Shown here piece by piece: positions 13,449 through 23,789 of a stretch of 64,000 bases of DNA. The stretch spans positions 123,692,001-123,756,000 of the forward strand of contig NC_086097.1 in assembly GCF_963921235.1 (NCBI RefSeq), written 5' to 3'. The position numbers were made by a program, and so were the translations under genes. A model generated the notes under the pieces. That model did not search any database and was not told where the DNA came from. It saw nothing but the letters and a program-made list of their open reading frames with translations. Source of the DNA: Mobula hypostoma. Taxonomy: Eukaryota. How positions within the stretch are numbered: position 1 is the first letter of the stretch; each line of letters opens with the position of its first letter.

Positions 13449-15140
13449 GTAAGTTAAGATTTGTTGTATGTTTGTTATTGTATTGTGCCTTTGGTGTGAC
13501 AGAATATTGTTGAAGGTTTCCATTATGAATTGATTTGAATTGGAAATTGACTGAGTTACATGTAGAAAATTCCTGCAGCTATAAAGTATATTCTATTCAA
13601 ATTTAATTTACTTACATAGTTAAGAGAGGTCATAAATATAGGCTTTGTACATCGATTCAGTTAATCAGCATTAACTTCTTCTCCAAAGGGCATAGTTCAT
13701 GTTAAATTTGTCATTACTGCAGACATTAGTGGGATATAGAAAGCAATTACACAACTATTTGTTCACGTTTTTTATTAAAGGTCAACAAGGCTGAGATTAA
13801 TTACCTTGTTAATTGAGTTTTTGTGAAGCTGTGTGCTAGTTTGCCTGTTCATTTGTATGTTAAGATCTTAAACTTATTTTACTGTTTCACAGTTTCTTTT
13901 GTTAATCGTCAGTGGATGACTTAATATTTTTACATTTTTTTAAAACTCTATTTGCCTAGTTATTTAAATTGTCTGTGGTCTTTATGTAACTAGTTCCATT
14001 TCTTCTATGACTTACCATGCCACTATTGGAGAAACCTAGACGTACAATTTTATTGTTTCATTAAATAGAGTGGAAAATGTGAGGCTTGATGCAGGTGTTA
14101 AAGAGCACTGCCTATCACGTCGGCTTTTCAGAGAATACATATGTTTTCCATACTCTGCTTCTCTGGCCCATGCTGTATTTTGAGATTAGCTCTGATTGTT
14201 GTGGGTTCACTTTTTTATCATTTGTGCCAAACTTTATGGAAGGTACACATGACCAGTGTTCATGGTCACACTTCTAGCCTCCATACATACAATGCCAACC
14301 CAAAATGTCAACAGTTCCTTTCCTTTTTGCCCACAGATACACTTGATACACTGAGGTCCTGCAGCACATTGTCTGTTGCTCCACAATCATGATTGGTTCA
14401 TAACTTTCCAGAAGTGAAGTTGGGGGGGTGGGGGGGGTAACTAAATTATCTAGTATTACCTTTTCTTGAATGTGATTTTTTAATTAGTACATGTTCCAGT
14501 GAATTCTCATGTACAATGAAGCACTCATGTGAGAAGTACGATGATGGACTAAAGGTTGTGCTTCTAATGTGTAATATGTAATAAGCTTGGTTCAATCTAT
14601 TTTTAATCTCGCTTACACTTTGAAGCCAGCAACAATTTTAATATGAGAGCATCAGTGACTCAAATTTTAGTTCAGTTTCAAAATGATATGGATACAAGTT
14701 GTGGTTAATTTATCAGAAGGACTTGGTATCATGTAATTATTTATTTATTGTTATTTTTTCTTCTATTTCTGTATTTGCACAGACCGTCTTCTTTTGCACA
14801 TTAGTTGTCAGTCCTTGTGTGTAGTTTTCGTTGATTCTGTTATTTTTTTTGTTCTACTGTGAATGCCTGCAAGAAAATGAATCGCAAGGTAGTATATGGT
14901 GACATATAAGCATTTTGACAATAAAATTGCTTTGAACCTTCATAATTATGAAGAAGATTTACCAGGATGAAACTTGGATTAAAAAACATAAAGGTGGGTT
15001 GAGTGAGCTAGGGTTTTTCTCTCTGGAGAGAAAGAACATGAGAGGTAACTTGATAGAGGTGTACAAGATGATAAGAGATATTGATCGAATGGACAGCCCA
15101 AGATTTTTTCCCAGGATGAAAGTGACTAATACAAGGGACA

Positions 15141-15273
15141 AACAACAGGAATTCTGCAGATGCTGGAAATTCAAGCAACATACATCAAAGTTGCTGGTGA
15201 ACGCAGCAGGCCAAGCAGCATCTATAGGAAGAGGCGCAGTCGACGTTTCAGGCCGAGACCCTTCGTCAGGACA
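15141..15273 (-). mobile_element. Minimal PLE 3'-end insertion (hammerhead plus tail only) inside a CR1 3' fragment (~14950-15520)
   Basis: 14-bp TSD taatacaagggaca at 15127-15140 and 15274-15287; the insert stops just past the hammerhead core. Confidence 0.88.
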
Positions 15274-18200
15274 TAATACAAGGGACATGTCTTTAAGGCG
15301 ATTGGAGGAAAGTATAGCAGAATGTTAGAGGCAGATTTTTTACACAGAGAATGGTAGCTGCACAGAATGTGCTGCTACAAGTGGTGATAAAGGCAGATAT
15401 GTGAGGGACATTTAAGAGACTCTTAGATAGGCAGATAGATGAAAGAAAAATGGAAGGCTATGTGAGAGAGAAGGGATAGATTGATCTTCGAGTAGGTTAA
15501 AAGCCTTTCCTGCGCCATACTCTAATTAACTTTGAGCAAATTAAATCATTCTAAGCAATATTAGAAAGAAGCAGAAGATCATGGGTATCTCGCACGGTGT
15601 ATCTTTTCTACTATTCAATAATACCATGGTATGACTTGAGTTGGAAAAGTAAGACAATTAATCTATTTTATTGTAACCTAATAGCAGTACAGATCTAATG
15701 AAAAGAATGAGTTCAGTATATATTATTGATACAGGTTTCCCCTGCCATCCGAAGGTAAAGCGTTCCTATGTTCCTATGAAACGGTTCGTAAGCCGGAATG
15801 TCGTAAAGCGAAGAAGCAATTACCATTAATTTATATGGGAAAAATTTGTGAGCGTTCACAGACCCAAAAATAACCTACCAAATCATGCCAAATAACACAT
15901 AAAACCTAAAATAACAGTAACATATAGTAAAAGCAGGAATGATATGATGAATACACAGTCTATATAAAGTAGAAATAATCCCACTTTTCCACAATCATTG
16001 CCTGCACTGTTCAGTAACCTTTAAGCGATGAAGCTGCCAAATCATACCAAATAACACATAAAAATACACAGCCTATATAAAGTAGAAATAATGTATGTAC
16101 AGTGTAGTATCACTTACCAGAATCGAGAAGTCAGCTTGCCGAGCAAACTGATGATGGTGTGTTAGGCTGAGTCATCGGAGTCTGGGTGGTGCAGTGGCCC
16201 CCACCCTCTGGACAGCGAACCGATACCGATCCGCGAAGCACGCAGAGGTACAGCGGTGGCCGGGACGCACTCAGCACATCTTTAAGAAAAAAGCCAAAAT
16301 AAACAAGCTAATTAATTAGGTGCCGCCCGGCATGTACATGTCAGCCCAGATCAGAGGCGATGCAATCGGCAATTGCCTCTGATCTGGGCCGACATTTATG
16401 TGCCGGGCGGCACCAAATTAATTAAAGTTGCTGGTGAACGTAGCAGGCCAGACAGCATCTCTAGGAAGAGGTACAGTCAACGTTTCAGGCCGAGACCCTT
16501 CGTCAGGACTAACTGAAGGAAGAGTTAGTAAGAGATTTGAGAGGGGGAGGGGGAGATCTAAAATGATAGGAGAAGACAGGAGGGGGAGGGATGGAGCCAA
16601 GAGCTGGACAGGTGATTGGCAAAGGGGATATGAGAGGATCAGGGGACAGGAGGCCCAAGGAGAAAGAAAAGGGGGAGGGGGGAAAACACAGACAATGGGC
16701 AAGGGGTATAATGAGAGGGACAGAGGGAGGAAAAAGGAGAGAGAGAAAAAGAATGTGTGTATATAAATAAATAATGGATGGGGTACGAGGGGGAGGTGGG
16801 GCATTAGCGGAAGTTAGGGAAGTCGATGTTCATGCCATCAGGTTGGAGGCTACCCAGACGGAATATAAGTTGTTCCTCCAACCTGAGTGTGGCTTCAGCT
16901 TTACAGTAGAGCAGGCCATGGATAGACATGTCAGAATGGGAATGGGATGTGGAATTAAAATGTGTGGCCACTGGCAGATCCTGCTTTCTCTGGCGAACAG
17001 AGCGTAGGTGTTCAGCGAAACAGTCTCCCAGCCTGCATCGGGTCTCACCAATATATAGAAAGCTACACACTGGGAGCACCGGATGCAGTATACCACCCCA
17101 GCCGACTCACGGGTGAAGTGTCGCCCCACCTGGAAGGACTGTCTGGGACCCTGAATGGTGATGAGGGAGGAAATGTAAGGGCATGTGTAGCACTTGTTCC
17201 GCCTACAAGGATAAGTGCCGGGAGGGAGATTGGTGGGAAGGGATGGCGGGGGACGAATGGACAAGGAAGTCGCGTAGGGAGTGATCCCTGCAGAAAGCAG
17301 GGGGGGGGAGGGAAAGATGTGCTTGGTGGTGGGATCTCATTGGGGGTGGCGGAAGTTACGGAGAATTATATTTTGGACCCGGAGGCTGGTGGGGTGGTAG
17401 GTGAGGACAAGGGGAGTCCTATTCCTAGTGGGGTGGCAGGAGGATGGACTGAGAGCAGATGTGCGTGAAATAGGAGAGATGCGTCTGAGAGCAGAGTTGA
17501 TTGTGGAGGAAGGGAAGCCCCTTTCTTTAAAAAAGGAAGACGTCTCCTTCGTCCTGGAATGAAAAGCCTCATCCTGAGAGCAGATGCGGTGGAGACGGAG
17601 GAATTGCGAGAAGGGGATGGCAGTTTTGCAAGAGATAGGGTGGAAGCGGAATAATCCAGGTAGCTGTGAGAGTCCGTAGGCTTATAGTAGACATCAGTAG
17701 ATAAGCTGTCTCCAGAGATAGAAGCAGAAAGTTCAAGAAAGGGGAGGGAGGTGTCAGAAATGGACCAGGTAAACTTGAGGGCAGGGTGAAAATTGGAGGC
17801 AGAGTTAATGAAGTCAACTAGCTCAGCATGCGTGCAGAAAGCAGTGCCAATGCAGTCGTCGATGCAGCAAAAGAAAAGTGGGGGACAGATACCAGTATAG
17901 GCTTGGAACATGGATTGTTCCACAAAGCCAACAGAAGTATTTTGCATCAGTCTTCACTTGGGAAGACAGTAGTAGTTTGGTGAAAGTTCCAGGTGTCGGG
18001 GGCATGAAGTATATGAAGTTACCATTACTACAGAGGATCTTGAGAAACTGAAAGTGGTGGCTGAAGAGATTGTGGAGGCATTATTTATGATCTTTCAATA
18101 ATCACTAGATTCCGGAATGGCTCTGGAAAACTGGAAAATTGCAAATGTCACTCCACTCTTCAAGAAGGGAGAGAGGCAGAAGAAAGGAAACTATAGGCCA

Positions 18201-19504
18201 GTTAGTCTGACCTCAGTGGTTGGGAAGATGTTGGAATCAATTATTATGGATAAGGTCTCTGGGTACTCGGAGGCACATGATAAAATAGACATGGTTTCCT
18301 CAAGGGAAAATCATGCCTGCCAAATTTGTTGGAATTCTTTGAAGAAATAACTAGCAGGATAGACAAAGGAGAATTGGTTGATGTTAACTGGATTTTCAGA
18401 AGGCCTTTGGCAAGGTGCCACACCTGGGGCTGCTCAACAGGCTACAAGCCCATGATATTACAGGAAAGATTCTAGCATGGATAAAGCTGTAAAAATTTGG
18501 CAGGAAGCTAAGAGTAGGAATACAGGGAGCCTTTTCTTTTTGTTGGCTGCTGGTGACTCGTGGTGTTCCACAGTGGTCTGTGTTGAGATTGATGCTTTTT
18601 ACATTATATTTCAATGATTTGGATGATAGAATTGATGGCTTGGTTAAAGTTTGCGGATGACATAAAGATAGGTAGAGTAGTAGGGTGTTTTGACGAAGTA
18701 GAAAGGCTACAGAATACTTAGATTAAGAGAATAGGCAAAGAAATAGCAGATAGAATACAGTCGAGAAGTGTATGGTTGTGCCCGTTAAAGAAGAATTGAA
18801 AGGGTTGGCTATCTTCTAAATGGAAAGAAAATAGAAAAAAAAACTCAGGTGCCAAGGGACTTGGGATTCTTTGTGCAGGATTCCCTAAAGGTTAATTTGC
18901 AGGTTGAGTCTGTGGTGAGGAAGCCAAATGCGATGTTAGCATTCATTTCAGGAGGTCTAGTATATAAAAGCAAAGATGTAATGTTGAGACTTTATAAAGC
19001 ACTGGTGAGGCCTCAGTTGGAGTATTGTGAACAGTTTTGGGCCCCTTTTCTTAGAAAGGATGTGCTGAAACTGGAGAGGATTCAAAAGAGGTTCAAGAAA
19101 ATTATTCCAATTCAGGAAAATTATTCCAGGATTGGATGGTTTGTCATATGAAGAGCATTTGATGTCTCTGGGCTTGTATTCACTAGATTTCAGAAGAATG
19201 AGGGGTGACCTCGTTGAAACCTTATGAAATGATGAAAGGCCTTGATAGGATAGATGTGGAGAGGATGTTTTCTATGGTGGCAGAGTCTAAGACCAGAGGA
19301 CACAGCTTCAGAATAGAGGGGTGTCCTTTTAGAATGGAGACGAGGAGGAATTTCTTCAGCCAGAGAGTGGTGTATCTGTGGAATTCTTCGCTGCAGGCAG
19401 CTGTGAAGGTCAAGTCTTTATGTACAGTGCCTTTAAAAAGAATTCACCCCCTTTGGAGGTTTCCATGTTTTATTATTTACAACAATGAATCACAGTGTAT
19501 TTAA

Positions 19505-19742
19505 GCAACATACATCAAAGTTGCTGGTGAATGCAGCAGGCCAAGCAGCATCTATAGGAAGAGGCGCAGTCGACGTTTCAGGCCGAGACCCTTCGTCAGG
19601 ACTCAGTTAGTCCTGACGAAGGGTCTCGGCCTGAAACGTCGACTGCGCCTCTTTCTATAGATGCTGCTTGGCCTGCTGCGTTCACCAGCAACTTTGATGT
19701 ATGTTGCTTGAATTTCCAGCATCTGCAGAATTCCTGTTGTTT
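19505..19742. mobile_element. 238-bp hairpin mini-PLE
   Basis: Perfect 13-bp TSD acagtgtatttaa (19492-19504, 19743-19755); ~99-bp inverted arms around a 5-nt loop; empty site at 9307-9319 in the donor. Confidence 0.93.
19609..19645 (+). ncRNA. Minimal type-I hammerhead ribozyme motif
   Basis: agtc-CTGACGA-agg gtctcgg cct-GAAA-C-GTC-gact: conserved core, 3-bp stem II, palindromic ACGT stem III, stem I agtc/gact. Confidence 0.8.
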
Positions 19743-20558
19743 ACAGTGTATTTAATTTGGCTTTCTTTGACACTGATCAACAGAAAAAGACTCTTTCATG
19801 TCAAAGTGAAAACAGATCTCTAGAAAGTGATCTAAATTGGTTAGAAATATAAAACACAAAATAATTGATTGCTTAAGTTTTCACTCCCTTCAACTCAGTA
19901 TTTAGTAGATGCGCATTTGGCAGCAATTACAGCTTTAAGTCTGTGGATCTCGCCAATATATAGAAGGCCACATCGGGAGCACCGGACGCAGTATATCACC
20001 CCAGCCGACTCACAGGTGAAGTGTCGCCTCACCTGGAAGGACTGTCTGGGGCCCTGAATGGTCCCAGTCTGCGTCGGGTTTGAAAGCAGGATCTCCCAGT
20101 GGCCACACATTTTAATTCCACATCCCATTCCCATTCTGACATGTCTATCCACGGCCTCCTCTACTGTAAAGATGAAGCCACACTCAGGTTGGAGGAACAA
20201 CACCTTATATTCCGTCTGGGTAGCCTCCAACCTGATGGCATGATCATTGACTTCTCTCACTTCCACTAATGCCCCACCTCCCCCTCGTACCCCATCCGTT
20301 ATTTATTTTTATACACACATTCTTTCTCTCACTCTCCTTTTTCTCCCCCTGTCCCTCTGACTATACCCCTTGCCCATCCTCTGGTTCCCCCCCCCGCCCC
20401 GTCTTTCTCCCCGGACCTCCTGTCCCATGATCCTCTCATATCCCCTTTGCCAATCACCTGTCCAGCTCTTGGCTCCATCCCTCCCCCTCCTGTCTTCTCC
20501 TATCATTTTGGATCTCCCCTTCCCACTTTCAAATCTCTTACTAACTCTTCCTTCAGTT

Positions 20559-20595
20559 AGTCCTGACGAAGGGTCTCGGCCTGAAACGTCGACTG
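20559..20595 (+). ncRNA. Minimal type-I hammerhead ribozyme motif
   Basis: CTGACGA 20563-20569, GAAA 20583-20586, GTC triplet 20588-20590, stem I agtc/gact. Confidence 0.8.
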
Positions 20596-21716
20596 TACCT
20601 CTTCCTAGAGATGCTGCCTGGCCTGCTGCATTCACCAGCAACTTTGATGTGTGTTGCTTGAATTTCCAGCATCTGCAGAATTCCTGTTGTTTACCTAATT
20701 AATTAGCTTGTTTATTTCGGCTTTTTTTCTTAAAGGTATGCTGAGTGCGTTCCAGCTACTGCTGCATTCTCCGCGAATCGGTATCTGTCCGCAGCCTGGG
20801 GGTTGGGGTGGTGGGACACTGGGGTGTCATCTCATCGTCAATCAGGGCTGGCAGGTCATCTTCTTCTATGTCTGCCTGCCTCAATGTCGAAGATCGAGGT
20901 TCGTCGTCTGCTGTGGCTGATGTGGAAGGCTTGCTTGACTACTTAGCCTTGCGCATTTTTCTATCACACAGTTCTTTGTAAGCACTCAAACCATCTTACA
21001 GATATGCCCTAAACCGACGTACCCTTTCAAAATTAAAGTCGTACTTTATCATTGCAGCGAAAATCTCACGCAGTTGCTTCACGTTCAGTTCCTGGATGAC
21101 TTCACTTTCGCACTGCATTCGCTTTCATTTGTTATCCTTTCCTCTTCCAATTGCATCAGCTCTTCATCTATCAGTTCTTGGTCATGGGATGCCAAAACTT
21201 ATTCAACATCATCTTCATCAACTTCCACAAGCCAAACTCACTTTGTCCTTACTTCGTTCACCACGATCAAAACGCTTAATTACGTCTAGTTTTACGCTAA
21301 CTGTAACACCCTTACGAGCTCTTTCAGGCTTTTCCAATACCTTAGAACTTGCTAACGGCTGCTCACAGGCACGTGTTTAAGCAATGCCAGCGAGAATGCC
21401 ATTCCGAATCCGGGGGAGAGCGGCTGCTCGGGGTGCGCGCTGATTTTTTTATCGCATGCTGATTTTTTTCGCGCGCTGATTTTTTCCGTAATGGTGAAAG
21501 CACCTTCTGTTAGCGAGAACAGGTAACTAAAGTAGGTCTTTCGTAACAGTGAGGTTTCATAAAGCGAACGTTCGAAAAGTGGGGGGACACCTGTAATCTT
21601 GTACTTTTGAATTCATCTAGAATTTGTCCTTTGAAGTTACTCACCTGCATCAAGAGGTGATGCTTGATAAGTTGTGGCGTTTGCATTTGATCAGAATGTG
21701 TCTTTTGTATTGACAG

Positions 21717-21797
21717 ATTAAAGGGAGATCTTGCCTATAATTACAGAGGACCTCGTACGAAAGAAGATATAATTGAATTTGCTAACAGGGTGTCAGG
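21717..21797 (+). CDS. TMX3: TMX3 coding exon (LKGDLAYNYRGPRTKEDIIEFANRVSG)
   Basis: tgacAG acceptor, GTgagt donor; 81 nt, phase 2 to 2, in frame. Confidence 0.95.
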
Positions 21798-23225
21798 GTG
21801 AGTAAAATGGCCAGTTTTCTTTTAAAATCTTGGGTCAGTTGAGTTGGAAGCACTCTGGCCTTTGATGTCCCACACAGGGAAATGAGGACAAAAATCTAAG
21901 TTGTATTCTGCTAAAGGTTTGAGTGAGTACTGGATTATCAAAAGGTCATAACTTTTGGATGACACATTAGGTGCCCATTTTTCCCCCATAACTCCCCTGG
22001 GGTGGATGTAAAGATCATGCAAAGCAGAAAAAGCAGGAGAATTTGAAGTTGAAGTGTCTGTGTCAGCTGTATTTAATGAATTACATGCAAAGCTATGAAA
22101 AAGGGTTAAACATTCCTCATTTCGTCATCCTAATTTGAACATTTTGAATTAAAATTTGAGAACAGGCCAAAGCTGTTTCAAAGCAAATCAGAATTTGGGT
22201 CAGATGATGAGGAGCCTTCAGACCCAACAGTCCTTGAGATTGAATGGAAAGTGAATAGAGGTAGTTTAGTGAAGGGTGGATGTTTGTAAAGGTATGGCAC
22301 TTTCCTAGGTATGTCATTCAGAATCAGATTTATTATTATTGACATATGTCATAAAATATTTTGCAGCAGTACAGTGCAATTTATAAAATATACTATAAAC
22401 TACAATAAAAATGTATATAAAACATTAAATAAGTAAGCAAATATAGTGAGGTAATGTTCATTAGTCCATTATCCTTTCAGAAATCTGAAGGAGGAGGAGA
22501 AAAAGCTGTTCCTAAAATGTTGGCTGTGAATCTTCTTGCTCCTATACTGCCTGTCTGATGGTAGTTATGAAAAGAGGGTATGTCCTGACTAGTTGGGGGT
22601 CCTTTTTGAGGCATTGGCTTTTGAAGATGTCCTCAGTGCTGGCGAGGCTAATGTCCATGACTAATTTCTGCCGGATCTTTCAATCTGATTCCACTTAATT
22701 TGCAGCAATGCTCAAATAATACTCTATCTACTTGTTCAGAAGTCCTTGTGTTTTGGCATCTGGCTCACTGGGTATTAATTTCCACCCTCCCTCTCTTGCC
22801 AAGGTCCCTGTTCCTGTATTCTCTTGTGAAACTTTTGAAGTTGACTGGAAAATATACTCCTGAGTAACATCCAAAAAAAAGTGTTGTGTTAATTGGAATA
22901 ATTTCCAGTAGTCGACTCTGTTCCAAGCTTGCCTGAGTAATGAAGTTTCACTGTATTTTAGTTTTGCATATAATCTAATTGAATCTATGTGTTAAATTTG
23001 CAGGTCTGTCCTTTAGAATAGACATGTTTTTGGTGTTTGTTAAATAGAAGCAAGGAAATGTAAGTCATACGAACAGTGGCTGCATCGGGAAAGGTTGAAG
23101 AGTTTAATTTATTGTGCACCCAAGTTAATCGCATTTAAGTGTGGCATGTGAAACCAGCAATAAATGTTTACTTGAACTTTGACAAGTTATTATTTTGATA
23201 CTTTTTTCATTCGTTTTATTAATAG

Positions 23226-23325
23226 GCCGCTGGTGCGATCACTTACCACTCCTCAACTTTTTGACCATTGGCAAAAGAGGCATCCGGTTTTCTATGTTTA
23301 TGTTGGAGGTGAATCTCCACTGAAG
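23226..23325 (+). CDS. TMX3: TMX3 coding exon (PLVRSLTTPQLFDHWQKRHPVFYVYVGGESPLK)
   Basis: aatAG acceptor, GTatga donor; 100 nt, phase 2 to 0, in frame. Confidence 0.93.
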
Positions 23326-23789
23326 GTATGAAAATAGTATTTATTTTAAACATAGAGCTGCTTTGATCACCTTTTCCTAATTGCATGCAATAACTTTAGA
23401 AACTTTGAGGAATATAAATGTAAATAAAACTTTTGCTCAAGGTCTATCCTGTTTACACTGACCAATCCAGAGAAATCAATGATTTCTATCATGTGTGACT
23501 GAAAGGATACAAGTGTCTCTTGTCTCATGGACATTGTGCTGCTCAAGAGAATATCAAACCTTGCTGTTTTCTTTCAAGCATGCTGGTTTTAGGACTGAAT
23601 GCTAGACCAACCAATGCTGTACAAACATGTGCTTGGAAATGATAACACATTGGAACAGAATTGGTCCTCTGAGTGTACTCGCCATTCCATCATGACTGAT
23701 TTATTATCCCTATCATCCCTATTTTCCTGCCTTCACTCTGTACCTTTAATAAGTTATTGCTTTGATACATTTTTCACTCTCTAATTGAA

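Larger units (their letters stand above)
16425..20692. mobile_element. Composite PLE insertion with inverted ends carrying a copy of donor region ~6015-9512
   Basis: 13-bp TSD accaaattaatta (16412-16424) / acctaattaatta (20693-20705); PLE minus arm at left, PLE plus arm with full tail at right; internal ORFs duplicate those of the donor at about 11,016 bp offset. Confidence 0.9.
15732..21593 (-). mobile_element. Tigger/pogo-like DNA transposon, internally deleted, with internal palindrome; hosts the 4.27-kb composite insertion
   Basis: TA-caggtttcccc...ggggacacctg-TA termini; minus strand near 21245-21325 translates to RARKGVTVSVKLDVIKRFDRGERSKD (CENP-B/psq-like HTH) joined to an acidic C-terminal remnant. 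Confidence 0.85.

Noticed and set aside
5385..19948. Duplicated block as an assembly artefact or simple tandem duplication
   Set aside because: The copies differ by scattered substitutions, each has its own private insertion, the second has its own TSD, and its left arm is from a different PLE subfamily
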